Positions 39,255 to 49,769 of a stretch of DNA of 64,000 bases are shown here, piece by piece; positions within the stretch are counted from its first letter, which is position 1, and each line of letters opens with the position of its first letter. The translations under genes and the position numbers were made by a program. Origin of the DNA: an uncultured Tenacibaculum sp. (GTDB lineage: Bacteria > Bacteroidota > Bacteroidia > Flavobacteriales > Flavobacteriaceae); contig CAXXDB010000003.1 in assembly GCA_963666645.2 (NCBI GenBank), positions 405,494-469,493 of the forward strand, written 5' to 3'. Under the pieces are notes generated by a model, which saw only the letters and a list, made by a program, of their open reading frames with translations, did not search any database and was not told the DNA's origin.

Positions 39255-40262
39255 ATGTATAGTTCAAAAATTACAGGTTTAGGTTATTATGTTCCTGATA
39301 ACGTGATAACTAATAATGATTTGACTCAATGGATGGAGACCAGTGATGAATGGATTCAGGAAAGAACAGGGATTAAAGAGCGTTGCTGGATTGACCCAAA
39401 AACTGAAGATACAACAGCTGTAATGGGAGCAAAAGCGGCTAAAATAGCTATTGAAAGATCCGGGTTAACAAAAGATGACATTGATTTTATCATTTTTGCA
39501 ACATTAAGCCCTGATATGTATTTTCCGGGAGGTGGAGTGCAAATTCAGGATTTATTAGATATGCCAACTATTGGAGCATTAGATATACGTAATCAATGTT
39601 CAGGTTTCATATATTCACTCTCTGTTGCTGATCAATTTATTAAAACAGGAATGTATAAGAATATTTTAGTCATAGGTTCTGAAAATCATTCCGGAGGTTT
39701 AGAAAAATCAACCAGAGGGAGAGACGTTACTGTAATTTTTGGAGATGGAGCAGGTGCTGCCGTTTTATCAAAATCTGAAAAGGCAGGTAAAGGAATTTTA
39801 TCCTCACATTTACACTCAGAAGGAAAACATGCTAAAGAATTGGCACTAACAGGACCTTCAACAAATCGCTGGGTCCCGGAAATAATAGAAGCTAACAACC
39901 CTGAGGATACTTCATATTATCCTTATATGAATGGGCAATTTGTATTTAAACATGCAGTTGTTCGTTTTTCGGAAGCAATTGTAGAAGGGTTACAGGCTAA
40001 TGGCTTGCAAAAAGAGAATATTGATATGTTAATTCCTCATCAGGCAAATTTGAGAATCATACAGTTTATTCAAAAGAAATTCCAATTATCAGATGATAAG
40101 ATATACAATAATATTATGCGTTATGGTAATACGACTGCTGCTTCTATTATTATTGCCTTAACAGAGGCCTGGGAAGAAGAAAAAATTAAAGATGACGATT
40201 TAGTTATTTTAGCTGCATTTGGAAGCGGATTCACATGGGGGTCAGTAGTAATTCGCTGGTAA
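39255..40262 (+). CDS. fabH: 3-oxoacyl-ACP synthase III family
   Basis: NQCSGF catalytic Cys, FGDGAGA, PHQAN, YGNTTAAS, AAFGSGFTWG. Confidence 0.88.
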   Translation: MYSSKITGLGYYVPDNVITNNDLTQWMETSDEWIQERTGIKERCWIDPKTEDTTAVMGAKAAKIAIERSGLTKDDIDFIIFATLSPDMYFPGGGVQIQDLLDMPTIGALDIRNQCSGFIYSLSVADQFIKTGMYKNILVIGSENHSGGLEKSTRGRDVTVIFGDGAGAAVLSKSEKAGKGILSSHLHSEGKHAKELALTGPSTNRWVPEIIEANNPEDTSYYPYMNGQFVFKHAVVRFSEAIVEGLQANGLQKENIDMLIPHQANLRIIQFIQKKFQLSDDKIYNNIMRYGNTTAASIIIALTEAWEEEKIKDDDLVILAAFGSGFTWGSVVIRW

Positions 40263-40304
40263 ATAGATGTAAAATACAAATTAGAGAAAAAGTTGAAATT
40301 TTTG

Positions 40305-40868
40305 TTAATTATTAAATTCTATTTTAACATTAAAATTTTCTAAATCTTTCAAATAATTTTCAGGCATAAAATCATCACAATCAAATTCCTCCTGTCTTTT
40401 CCTCTTCATTTCAATTCTTTTTACTTCTTTCAGAAAACGCCTGATTTCTAAGTTATTATTCATAATAAGTCCGGGAACAGAAGTGTTTTTACCGGTGTCA
40501 TCTTTGGCAACCATTGTAAAATAAGAAGAATTACAATGCTTTACAGCACCATTTTGAATGTTCTGAGATTCTACACGAATACCAACAACCATAGAGGTTT
40601 TTCCTACATAATTAACAGAAGCTCTCATGGTAATTAACTCGCCTACTTCTATTGGCTTTAAAAAATCTACAGTATCTACAGAAGCAGTAACGCAATAGAC
40701 TCCTGAATGTTTGGAAGCACAGGAAAAAGCAATTTGATCCATTAAATTTAAAATATAACCTCCATGAATTTTACCACTAAAATTGGCATGAGAAGGCAAC
40801 ATGAGTTCAGAAATAGTGATTCTTGTATCTTCTATATGTTTAAAATTGTTTTTCATTATTTTGTACAC
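40305..40868 (-). CDS. Acyl-CoA thioesterase (hotdog fold)
   Basis: ANFSGKIHGG, VTASVDTVDF, VNYVGKTSM. Confidence 0.9.
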   Translation of the reverse strand: MYKIMKNNFKHIEDTRITISELMLPSHANFSGKIHGGYILNLMDQIAFSCASKHSGVYCVTASVDTVDFLKPIEVGELITMRASVNYVGKTSMVVGIRVESQNIQNGAVKHCNSSYFTMVAKDDTGKNTSVPGLIMNNNLEIRRFLKEVKRIEMKRKRQEEFDCDDFMPENYLKDLENFNVKIEFNN

Positions 40869-41113
40869 CTCTTTAGGATACTTTCACAGAGTGATTTTTT
40901 TCTGCTAAATTTTATTAATTCATCTAATTTTGTACTTTCGTTATAAACCACATAATTAAGTGTTGCATATCAATAAAATAGATAATAGAATCAATAATAA
41001 TTTTTTTGAAAAAAACAAAGCTATGGTTAAAATATTTTAAATTACAGAAAAAAATACAAAAAAGTGTAAACTAATTTATACTTTTGCTGTAAAGTTAAGA
41101 AAGAATTTTATTT

Positions 41114-41650
41114 ATGAGGAAAAAAAACTTTTTATTTGGAATGCTAATTTTATTGCTTAATATGTATGTTGTATTTAGCCAAAAAAGTAATTCAGATATA
41201 TTTCAAATAGCAAAGACAGGAAGTTTAAGTGAATTAAAATCCTTGTTAGAAAGCAACCCTAAATTAGTTGATCAGACAAACGAAGCAGGCTATACTCCTT
41301 TGATTTTATCCTGCTATAATGGGAATAAAGAAGTAGCAATGTATATGATTGATAAAAGCAAAAATATAAATTTAAATAATGGATATGGAACTGCTCTTAT
41401 GGCAGCTACTGTAAAAGGAAATTATGAATTAGTTGAATATTTATTAGAAAAAAAGGCAGACACAAATATTGCTGATTCTAATGGAACTACAGCATTACAT
41501 TATGCAATAATATTTAATTTAGAAAATATTGCTGAATTATTAGTTAAATCAGGTGCTAAATATGATTTAAAAGATAACAGAGGAAATTCAGCAAAAGATT
41601 ATGCAATTTTAAAAAAAAACAAGAAATTACTAACTTTATTTAAACTATGA
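41114..41650 (+). CDS. Secreted ankyrin-repeat protein
   Basis: Signal peptide; GYTPLILSC, GTALMAAT, GTTALHYAI repeats. Confidence 0.9.
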   Translation: MRKKNFLFGMLILLLNMYVVFSQKSNSDIFQIAKTGSLSELKSLLESNPKLVDQTNEAGYTPLILSCYNGNKEVAMYMIDKSKNINLNNGYGTALMAATVKGNYELVEYLLEKKADTNIADSNGTTALHYAIIFNLENIAELLVKSGAKYDLKDNRGNSAKDYAILKKNKKLLTLFKL

Positions 41651-42390
41651 ATAAAAAATTACTTTTACTATTTCTGGTATTTTCAGGATTCACCTTTGCA
41701 CAAATGTTTTCTACAGGAACTCAGGTTTTGCAGGATAATGTAAGTGTGAATATAGAAACCGATGCAACAACCACAACCTTAACTCTTACAGGACCATCAG
41801 GTGCCTGGTTTGCCGTTGGATTTGGAGGGAAAACAATGGCTTCAGGTGCGGACGTATTACGTACTGACGGAACATCAATTGTAGATGCACATACGAGCAA
41901 CTATGTACTACCCCCTGCAGATACAAATCAGAACTGGACGTTAGTGTCCAATACTGTTTCAGGAGATGTAAGAACTATTATAGCAACCAGAAGTAATAAC
42001 ACAGGCGACTCTGATGATTACACTTTCAGTAATTCTGCAGGAAGTATTGATGTTATTTGGGCTTTTGGAACTTCAACAACATATTCTAATCATAGTGTAT
42101 ACAGAAGAGGAGCAACAACTCTTGGGGTTACCCTTAATACGAAAGAATTTGAAACTCTGAACTTTGGATTATATCCAAACCCCATTTCTGAGGTTATGAA
42201 TATCCAATTACCGCAAGATATAGATGAAGCTGACATTGGTTTATACGATTTTTCTGGACGATTAGTGAAAGAAGCAAGAATTTCACCTATTGAAAAAACT
42301 TTAAATTTAAAAGATGTCGGAAGCGGAATGTATGTATTAAAAATAAAATCGGATAATAAGCTAGGAGTTAAAAGAATTATTAAAAAATAA
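41647..42390 (+). CDS. DOMON-like domain protein with T9SS C-terminal sorting domain
   Basis: WFAVGFGG..M..GAD DOMON motif, IWAFG, distal His; LYPNP...YDFSGRLV...GMYVLKI CTD. Confidence 0.8.
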   Translation: MNKKLLLLFLVFSGFTFAQMFSTGTQVLQDNVSVNIETDATTTTLTLTGPSGAWFAVGFGGKTMASGADVLRTDGTSIVDAHTSNYVLPPADTNQNWTLVSNTVSGDVRTIIATRSNNTGDSDDYTFSNSAGSIDVIWAFGTSTTYSNHSVYRRGATTLGVTLNTKEFETLNFGLYPNPISEVMNIQLPQDIDEADIGLYDFSGRLVKEARISPIEKTLNLKDVGSGMYVLKIKSDNKLGVKRIIKK

Positions 42391-42413
42391 TTTAGAATTC
42401 CATTAATATTATG

Positions 42414-42445
42414 ACCGGTTGCCCTTTTTGAGCAATCGGTTTTTT
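42414..42445 (+). terminator. Intrinsic terminator
   Basis: accggttgc / gcaatcggt stem followed by a T run. Confidence 0.75.
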
Positions 42446-42479
42446 ATTGTAAATTTGTGTGGGTTCAACAGGAATAAAA

Positions 42480-43646
42480 ATGAATTATATTTTATTTGAC
42501 GGAGATACAAGAACATCTCTTTTACCGTTTACATACACTCGCCCTGTGGCAGATATTAGAGTTGGAATTTTAACCATTCGGGAGAAATGGGAAAAATATT
42601 TAGGATTACCAATTACCACAATTACTGAAGAGTATTTAGAGGAAAAATATCCTATGATAGAGATGGAGGAAAATATTATGCTAAATGCTTCTTTTTTACC
42701 AACTCCTGAATTAATAAATAGGATTCAGAATTTAAAAGTCTATCAAGCTATTTTTAAAGGGAAAGATGTGATTGCATTTCATTTTTCTGTAAATCAAGAG
42801 AAAGTGAATTTTGAAAATTATAATCAAATTGAATTTGAAGAAGATATCATACAAATTAATAATACCTGGGATATCTTTTCTAACAATGGTAAAGCAATTC
42901 GACAAGATTTTGAATTACTAACAGGAGGAAGAGAATCGCAGCCTATTCCAGACACAGTTCAATATACAGGAAAAGAGGATATTTTTATTGAAGAAGACTC
43001 GAAACTGACTTTTGCAACATTAAATGCTACTACCGGTCCAATTTATATAGGAAAAGCTGCTGAAATTATGGAAGGAGTGGTAGTTAGAGGACCGTTAGCT
43101 ATGTGTGAAAAAGCAGTTTTAAAATTAGGAGCAAAAATATATGGGCCTACTACATTAGGTCCTCACTGTAAAGTTGGGGGAGAAGTAAATAATTCAGTAT
43201 TTTTTGGATACTCAAATAAAGGACACGATGGCTTTCTTGGGAACTCAGTATTAGGAGAGTGGTGTAATTTAGGAGCAGGTACGAATAATTCTAATCTGAA
43301 AAATAATTATTCAGAAGTAGAATTATGGAATTATAAAGTAGACAGGCTTACTAAAACAGGACTACAGTTTTGTGGTTTAATGATGGGAGACCATTCTAAA
43401 TGTAGCATCAATACCATGTTTAACACAGGAACCGTTATAGGAGTTTCATCCAATATTTTTGGAAGCGGTTTTCCAGGAAATTTTGTTCCATCGTTTAGTT
43501 GGGGAGGATTTTCAGAATACAAACTTAACAAGGCGAATGAAGTTGCCAGAATTGTAATGAAACGACGTAATGAGGTTTATGATGAATTAGAATCAAAAAT
43601 TATGGCAGCTGTTTTTGAACAAACTAAACAATATAGGAATTACTAA
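42480..43646 (+). CDS. GlmU-related putative sugar nucleotidyl/acyltransferase
   Basis: LLPFTYTRPVADIRVGILTIREKW, left-handed beta-helix region, NKGHDGFLG. Confidence 0.85.
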   Translation: MNYILFDGDTRTSLLPFTYTRPVADIRVGILTIREKWEKYLGLPITTITEEYLEEKYPMIEMEENIMLNASFLPTPELINRIQNLKVYQAIFKGKDVIAFHFSVNQEKVNFENYNQIEFEEDIIQINNTWDIFSNNGKAIRQDFELLTGGRESQPIPDTVQYTGKEDIFIEEDSKLTFATLNATTGPIYIGKAAEIMEGVVVRGPLAMCEKAVLKLGAKIYGPTTLGPHCKVGGEVNNSVFFGYSNKGHDGFLGNSVLGEWCNLGAGTNNSNLKNNYSEVELWNYKVDRLTKTGLQFCGLMMGDHSKCSINTMFNTGTVIGVSSNIFGSGFPGNFVPSFSWGGFSEYKLNKANEVARIVMKRRNEVYDELESKIMAAVFEQTKQYRNY

Positions 43647-43870
43647 CTTTTTCTAAAAAATAAATAATAAAGATTAAAAGAAATAATGAATCCGTTAGTA
43701 ATAATAATAGGTAAATCATTCCCAAGTAAAATACCATAACAGATAAATAAAGCACAACCAAAAGAATTAATAACTCTAAGTGTTCTTACGTTTTTCATCA
43801 TAAAAGAAATAATGAGTAATAAAGAGGCTAAATAACCTATCCCGCTTATAATGACAGTCAGAGAAATCAT
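43643..43870 (-). CDS. Small membrane protein (YgjV-like)
   Basis: GYLAS...SF.MKN...LR.INS.GC..F..YG pattern, hydrophobic. Confidence 0.65.
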   Translation of the reverse strand: MISLTVIISGIGYLASLLLIISFMMKNVRTLRVINSFGCALFICYGILLGNDLPIIITNGFIISFNLYYLFFRKS

Positions 43871-44352
43871 AATGCAAAGGTATTATTTTGGATTTAAATT
43901 TTTTGAGATATTAGTTTATTTATGAATTATGGTTTTTCTATATTCGATAATTAAATGATGCCTGATATTTTATTTTCATTGGATTTACTGATATGGTAAA
44001 TAATATTCATCAAAATACTTTTGTTACTTCAATTTCATCAATACCTTTTCGATTTTCTGTTGCTTTATTTTTTCTTTTGGATTTTAAAAATGCAACTACA
44101 AAAGATAACATTTATAAATTAATAATGCCTATAATATTAATGATATTCTAATTGCTTATTAATCCTTAAAAAGTAATTCATAAATATTTAATTCATACTA
44201 AATAGGTTTGTAGCAAACATATTTTGAGATACAAATGAAGTATTATAAAAAAAGCATGAAAAAATATCCTAAACTTATCGGGTAGTTCAAATACAAAAAA
44301 CTGAGAATAGCATTCTCAGATTTATTGCACTAAATATACCAAGATGTCAGGT

Positions 44353-44784
44353 TTAGCGTAACCTGTCACTTGATTTTACAAGACTTTCATCCTTCTTAAC
44401 AGCTTTGTTTGCTAATACAAGCAAAACGATTGAAATAAAAGGAATGAATATGCCAATGCCTTTCTTAGAAACCGAAGTTCCTCCAGATAACGTTAGTGAT
44501 ACATATACCAACACTCCTAATAAAATAAGATTTGTTAAAATATTCAACCGGGCTAAAACGGATTGCAACAATCTGTTTTTAAATAAAAAAATAGTCACAA
44601 TAGATAGTATGGCTGATATAAAAAAGAATATAGGAATCATTTTTTGCAACATTGAAAAAGAAGAAAATAAATCGATTGAAAAAACAGGTTCTTTTGCTAT
44701 ACTCCATAAATTAAATACAAAAGTAAGTCCACCGGAAATAATTCCGGCAATTAAAAGGTATAGAGATTGAATTCTTTGTATCAT
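44353..44784 (-). CDS. DUF4293-family membrane protein
   Basis: MIQRIQSLYL start, IFLFKNR..Q, KKDESLVKSSDRLR end. Confidence 0.85.
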   Translation of the reverse strand: MIQRIQSLYLLIAGIISGGLTFVFNLWSIAKEPVFSIDLFSSFSMLQKMIPIFFFISAILSIVTIFLFKNRLLQSVLARLNILTNLILLGVLVYVSLTLSGGTSVSKKGIGIFIPFISIVLLVLANKAVKKDESLVKSSDRLR

Positions 44785-45216
44785 GTCAAAACTTGAGAGT
44801 TGCAAATTTACTATTTTTAAAAAAAGAAACATATAATTCAATTACAGATTGTTTTCAATACTCCATCCAATGTATCTTTTTTGTAATAATTCTGATCGAT
44901 TTTTAGACTTGATATAACCTGCTTTTAAATCTCTTACAGCTTAAGATGTATTGAATTTCTTATTTTAATAATAGCTTTATAATTTGATTGGATTACTGAT
45001 TATCAGTACAATAATTATAATATGAAAATAACTATTATTAATGTGAATATTATATATTTGTATGACTTTTTAATAAAAATTAAGATTCATAAAAAATATG
45101 AGTTTCCCCTGATAAAAACAAATATTTAAAAGAAGAGTTAAGAAATTAGTATTATTTTAGTAGTTTAGCAAATAATCAGTGATTTTTTATTTATTCATTA
45201 TAACGACAGAAGATTT

Positions 45217-47340
45217 ATGAAGATGAAAGTATTAATTTCATTATTAGTAGCATTTTTAATTGTAAGTTCTCTAAATGTAAGCAGTTTACCATTAGAAAAA
45301 AAAGATCCTGAAAAGGATAAGTTGATTTTATATGTCTTAAAAAACATTTTAGCTCAGGGGCATTATGTTCAAAAAGACTTAAATGATACTTTTTCCGAAC
45401 ATGTGTACAATGAATTTATCAACAATTTAGATTCCAATAAACATTATTTTACTCAAGAAGATTTAAAAGAATTCTCTCAGTATAAGTTTGAAATCGATGA
45501 TCAGTTAAGAAATTCTAATATTAACTTCTATAAATTAGTATATGGACGGTTTCTGGAAAAGATTAAGGTTGCAAAATTAACATATAAAGCTTTATTACAA
45601 GATCCTTTTAACTACGATAAAAATGAGGAGATAAATATTAATTATGAAAAAAATCCTTTTGCTAAAAATAAAAATGAGCTATCAGATTATTGGCGTAAAC
45701 AGCTAAAATTAGAAGTGATGATTAAAATTCAAAATGCTGAAAAACAACAGATTGAAAAAATAAAAAAAGATAAAAACACCATAAAAAAACCTTTCGGTAC
45801 ATTAGAGCTTGAAGCTAGAAAAGAAGTACTAAAAGATATGGAAAATCTATACACCAGAATTGAAGAACTGGAAAATTTTGATTGGTATTCTACTTTTCTA
45901 AATAGTATTGTAAGTGCTTTTGATCCTCACACTATCTATATGTCTCCCAGAATTAAATCCAGGTTTGACCAAGATATATCCGGAAAACTGGAAGGAATTG
46001 GAGCTCGACTTCAAAAAGAAGGAATCTATACTAAAATTGTGGAATTAATTTCCGGAGGACCTGCATGGAAACAAGGCGAATTAGAGTCCGGAGATATTAT
46101 TCTAAAAGTTGCTCAGGGAGATGGTAAACCTTTAGATATTGTTGGAATGCGTTTAGATGATGCTATTACATTTATTAAAGGAAAAAAAGGAACGGAAGTA
46201 CGATTAACTGTTAAAAAGAAATTAGACGGCTCCACAACCATAATTCCAATTATTAGAGATATTGTAGAATTAGAAGAAACTTTTGTTAAATCCAGTATTG
46301 TTAAGAAGAGTGGAAAGAAATACGGGATTATCAATTTACCAAAATTTTACATTGATTTTAATGACGTAAACAAACGAAATGCCGCTAATGATATGAAACA
46401 GGAAATCAAACGATTAAAAAAAGAAAATATAGAAGGATTAATTATTGATTTACGAAATAACGGCGGAGGTGCATTAAAAACAGCTATTGATATAGGAGGA
46501 CTATTCATCGATAAAGGCCCTGTTGTACAGGTAAAATACAGAGGTAAAAAAGCTGAAATTAAAAAAGATACTGATAGCAAAATTCAATGGGCAGGTCCGT
46601 TAGTAGTCATGGTAAATGAAATGTCTGCTTCTGCCTCAGAAATTTTTGCGGCAGCAATGCAGGATTACGGAAGAGGAATTATTGTGGGAAGTAAACAAAC
46701 ATATGGTAAAGGAACTGTACAAAATATTTTACCATTAAATTACTACATTAAAAAAGATTTCGATGATTTAGGAGTATTAAAGATGACTATTCAAAAATTC
46801 TATAGAATTAATGGTGGTTCTACCCAGATAGAAGGTGTTTATTCTGATATTGTAATGCCAAATCGTTATAGCTATATGGAATTTGGCGAACGTGATTTAG
46901 ATGGGGCTTTACCCTGGGATAGAGTTAGACCGGCTAACTATACAAAAACAAGTTCCTATGATAATTCTGATAAAGTAATCAGTAATAGTAAAGAACGTAT
47001 TAATACTAATTCAAAATTTATATCTATAAATGAATATGCAAAATGGTTAAAGAAAAATCAAGATGGTAAAACATATTCATTAAACTATAATACATATAAG
47101 AAAGAAATTGAGAATCGTCAGGAAGAAGCAAAAAAATTTAAAGATATTTTTAAGTTTACATCTAACTTAACATTTGCTTCTCCTGAATATGAAGTTTCCT
47201 TATTTAGAAATGATACTGTACTAAAAGATAAACGTATAGCCTGGCACAAGAATATGGAAAAAGATATTTATTTAGATGAAGCCCTTAATGTGCTTAGTGA
47301 GTTAAAAATGAATAAAAATTACAAATTAGTTAAGAAATAA
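45217..47340 (+). CDS. prc: Carboxy-terminal processing protease (S41, Prc/Tsp)
   Basis: DPHT.Y, LEGIGARL, PDZ, DLRNNGGG, SASASEIFA, GKGTVQ, GGSTQ. Confidence 0.9.
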   Translation: MKMKVLISLLVAFLIVSSLNVSSLPLEKKDPEKDKLILYVLKNILAQGHYVQKDLNDTFSEHVYNEFINNLDSNKHYFTQEDLKEFSQYKFEIDDQLRNSNINFYKLVYGRFLEKIKVAKLTYKALLQDPFNYDKNEEININYEKNPFAKNKNELSDYWRKQLKLEVMIKIQNAEKQQIEKIKKDKNTIKKPFGTLELEARKEVLKDMENLYTRIEELENFDWYSTFLNSIVSAFDPHTIYMSPRIKSRFDQDISGKLEGIGARLQKEGIYTKIVELISGGPAWKQGELESGDIILKVAQGDGKPLDIVGMRLDDAITFIKGKKGTEVRLTVKKKLDGSTTIIPIIRDIVELEETFVKSSIVKKSGKKYGIINLPKFYIDFNDVNKRNAANDMKQEIKRLKKENIEGLIIDLRNNGGGALKTAIDIGGLFIDKGPVVQVKYRGKKAEIKKDTDSKIQWAGPLVVMVNEMSASASEIFAAAMQDYGRGIIVGSKQTYGKGTVQNILPLNYYIKKDFDDLGVLKMTIQKFYRINGGSTQIEGVYSDIVMPNRYSYMEFGERDLDGALPWDRVRPANYTKTSSYDNSDKVISNSKERINTNSKFISINEYAKWLKKNQDGKTYSLNYNTYKKEIENRQEEAKKFKDIFKFTSNLTFASPEYEVSLFRNDTVLKDKRIAWHKNMEKDIYLDEALNVLSELKMNKNYKLVKK

Positions 47341-47577
47341 AAAAATCATCATCATGTAATGAGGAATTAGTGAGAGAAATGGAGAATGATTTAAAAAATC
47401 ACAAGAAAAGATGAAAAAATTAATAGGGAATTTTTTTAAAAAGGTAAAAGATAATGATAAAGTAATAGGAATAGTATTATCATTTATGCAAGTAATCATA
47501 TTACTATGGATGTTAATCTATATTTTTATTTAAGTAAAATAATTATAAAAAAGATGAAACGTTAAATTGAAACCCTA

Positions 47578-47650
47578 TCCTATCCAAAACTTTGTGTAAA
47601 TGAAATATAAAAACTAATTTTATTTTTTAAAGGTTAACCCATCTTTCAAA
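47578..47650 (-). mobile_element. Probable IS256-family 3' end fragment
   Basis: Minus strand ...VNL* then ttacacaaagttttggata, resembling recalled IS256-type right ends. Confidence 0.4.
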
Positions 47651-47883
47651 CTTTAGGATATAAAATCATCGCAAGAGTAATATATTGAATATCAACAGAT
47701 AGAATAAAATTTCTTCATCAAATAAATATCTAATTGAATCTAACTTAATGATAAACAGATACCTGTACCTTTTAGGCAACTCCTTAAATAACATATGAAA
47801 ATCAGTACTTCCAATCCTGCAACAATCTTAAATCATGTTTCCATTAGCTTAATTCTATAGATTGCTACTATAAAAAAGAACTA

Positions 47884-48860
47884 ACCCGTTGTGTATTAAT
47901 AATTGAATAATAAAAGATGTTCATTGATTCATTAAACCCGTATATTTATTTGAATATCAATCAATTAAATATATGAACAACTTTACAGCAAATTACAATA
48001 AAATTTTAGAAACATTAAAGTCTATTACTGAAAAAGAACAATTTTCAAATCAAAAAAGGAAACCAAAACTAAAAGACATAGAATTAATTGCTATAAATGT
48101 AACAGCAGAATATATGAGTATTGATAGTGAATGTAAGTTGTTTCGAGAGCTTTCAATTGATTTAAAAAATAAGATTGAGATTCTGTTTATAATAGAAGGA
48201 AGCGAGAATTATTTTTTGCAATGGAGTTTATTAGAAATGAATTATCAAATAAGTTTAATGAATTTGAAAACTATTTTGTTGAAGATAGTATGTCTTTAGA
48301 AGTGGTCAAATTATCAAGAAGTAATAGTAGTAAAATTTGTAAAGAAGAATTTTATAGCTCACCAAATAGAAGTTTTTGTGCAAGTCAAAATACGCATTAT
48401 CATGGTTACAAAATTCATGCAGTTTGTTCTATTGAAGGGGTATTCAAAAGTTTTGATATAAGCAAAGCCTCCGTTCACGATATTCATTATTTAAAAGATA
48501 TAAAACAACCGTTTAATAATTGTGTGATTTTGGAAGACAAAGGTTAATTAAGCACTGAATATCAATTATATATGTTTGAAAGCAAGCAAATAAAACTGGA
48601 GGTTCCAAAACGTAAAAATCAATATAATTACAAAAAAACCTACATTTTTAGAAAGAAAAGAAAGCGAATAGAAACTTTGTTTTCAGAACTTTGTGGCCAA
48701 TTTATGATACGATGTAATTATGCTAAATCTTTTAAAGGGTTTAAAACAAGAATACTATCAAAATTAACATCATTAACAGTAATTCAGTTTATTAATAGGT
48801 TTGTTTTTGATAGAAATATAAATAATTTAAAAATTAGCATTATTTAAATGCACAACGGGT
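47884..48860 (+). mobile_element. IS982-family element copy 1 (pseudogenised transposase)
   Basis: Terminal inverted repeats ACCCGTTGTG / CACAACGGGT; transposase in 3 pieces with DS...VVKLSR, HGYKIH, DKG, RKRIETLFS motifs. Confidence 0.92.
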
Positions 48861-48879
48861 TTATAAATATTAATAAATG

Positions 48880-49320
48880 AAACACCTGTTTTAAAATTCA
48901 TCTTTCTCTTTATATTCTCAAAAAAAGCATATACAATTAAAGCATCTGACTGGTAAAATTTTGATAAGTAACTCATATTAAAATCTGTTATTTCTGTTGT
49001 CCGTTAAATCCATTTTCAGGATTGTTAAAAGATGATTCGGGCTTAATTTCTGGATAAATTGAGAAATCTCAATTATTTATTTTTTCTGCTGTGCCAAATA
49101 AACGACATTGGATATAAAATTACCTCTAAAGGATTTATCTTCATTAAACCCTGTAAAATTTAATGTGCTATCGTCAAAAGTATAACAGATCCTAAAATAA
49201 TTACGTTGCCATTAAAAATAGTTTTTCCTGAATTACCATTAAGTACTTTAGTTAATGAAGTAAGGTCGTTTATCTTCTTATAATAAACTTCTGCATCTAG
49301 TACCCATTTTTTTATTGAGA
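48880..49320 (-). pseudogene. Decayed TonB-dependent receptor-like fragment
   Basis: Broken frames WVLDAEVYYKKINDLTS and CYTFDDSTLNFTGFNEDKSFRGNF look like beta-barrel strands. Confidence 0.4.
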
Positions 49321-49413
49321 ATTAAGACAGTAATGTATTGTTCGCTTTTCAAAACAGAAATTTTCTTGTCATCAGATAAAGCTCAAAATTCATTTTCTAA
49401 TCCAAAATCAGAC

Positions 49414-49530
49414 ATGAAAAATTCAACAAATTTATTGATATATCGTTTTTATAGAGAAGCACTCGGTTTTGAACAAAAATTTATAGCCCTGAGAGTGATT
49501 ACGGAAAATTGTTCTCAGGTGAAACTTTAA
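49414..49530 (+). pseudogene. VOC/glyoxalase-family fragment
   Basis: FYREALGFEQKFI / PESDYGKLFSGETL across a frameshift. Confidence 0.55.
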
Positions 49531-49574
49531 GAATGGTTTTGAAAGAATTAGTTTTAACAACACGAATCATTAAC

Positions 49575-49665
49575 TGGAGGAGAGACAAATGGAGTTGCGA
49601 GTGTAAAACCTGTAAGCTCCGTACCTCTTTGCGAAGCGACATCATCATGCAGAGTTCAAAACTCT
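49575..49665 (+). mobile_element. IS1595-family zinc-ribbon fragment
   Basis: WRRDKWSCECKTCKLRTSLRSDIIMQSSKL matches the CxxC..RTxLRS...M..SKL N-terminus. Confidence 0.7.
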
Positions 49666-49769
49666 TAAAATTAAATAATAGAACGAGAAAATTATCAGGA
49701 TATAAAATCCCTAATTTTAAACCAGATGTTGCTCTTATTGGTTGAATCTAGAAAATGTAAAATCAAAAT

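Noticed and set aside
41114-41650. Ankyrin protein as a host-manipulating effector
   Set aside because: Short, Sec-exported and coupled to a DOMON gene; nothing in the sequence indicates host targeting.
48544-48547. In-frame TAA after DKG in both IS982 copies as possible stop-codon recoding
   Set aside because: TAA is the normal stop throughout the window and the elements carry other frameshifts.
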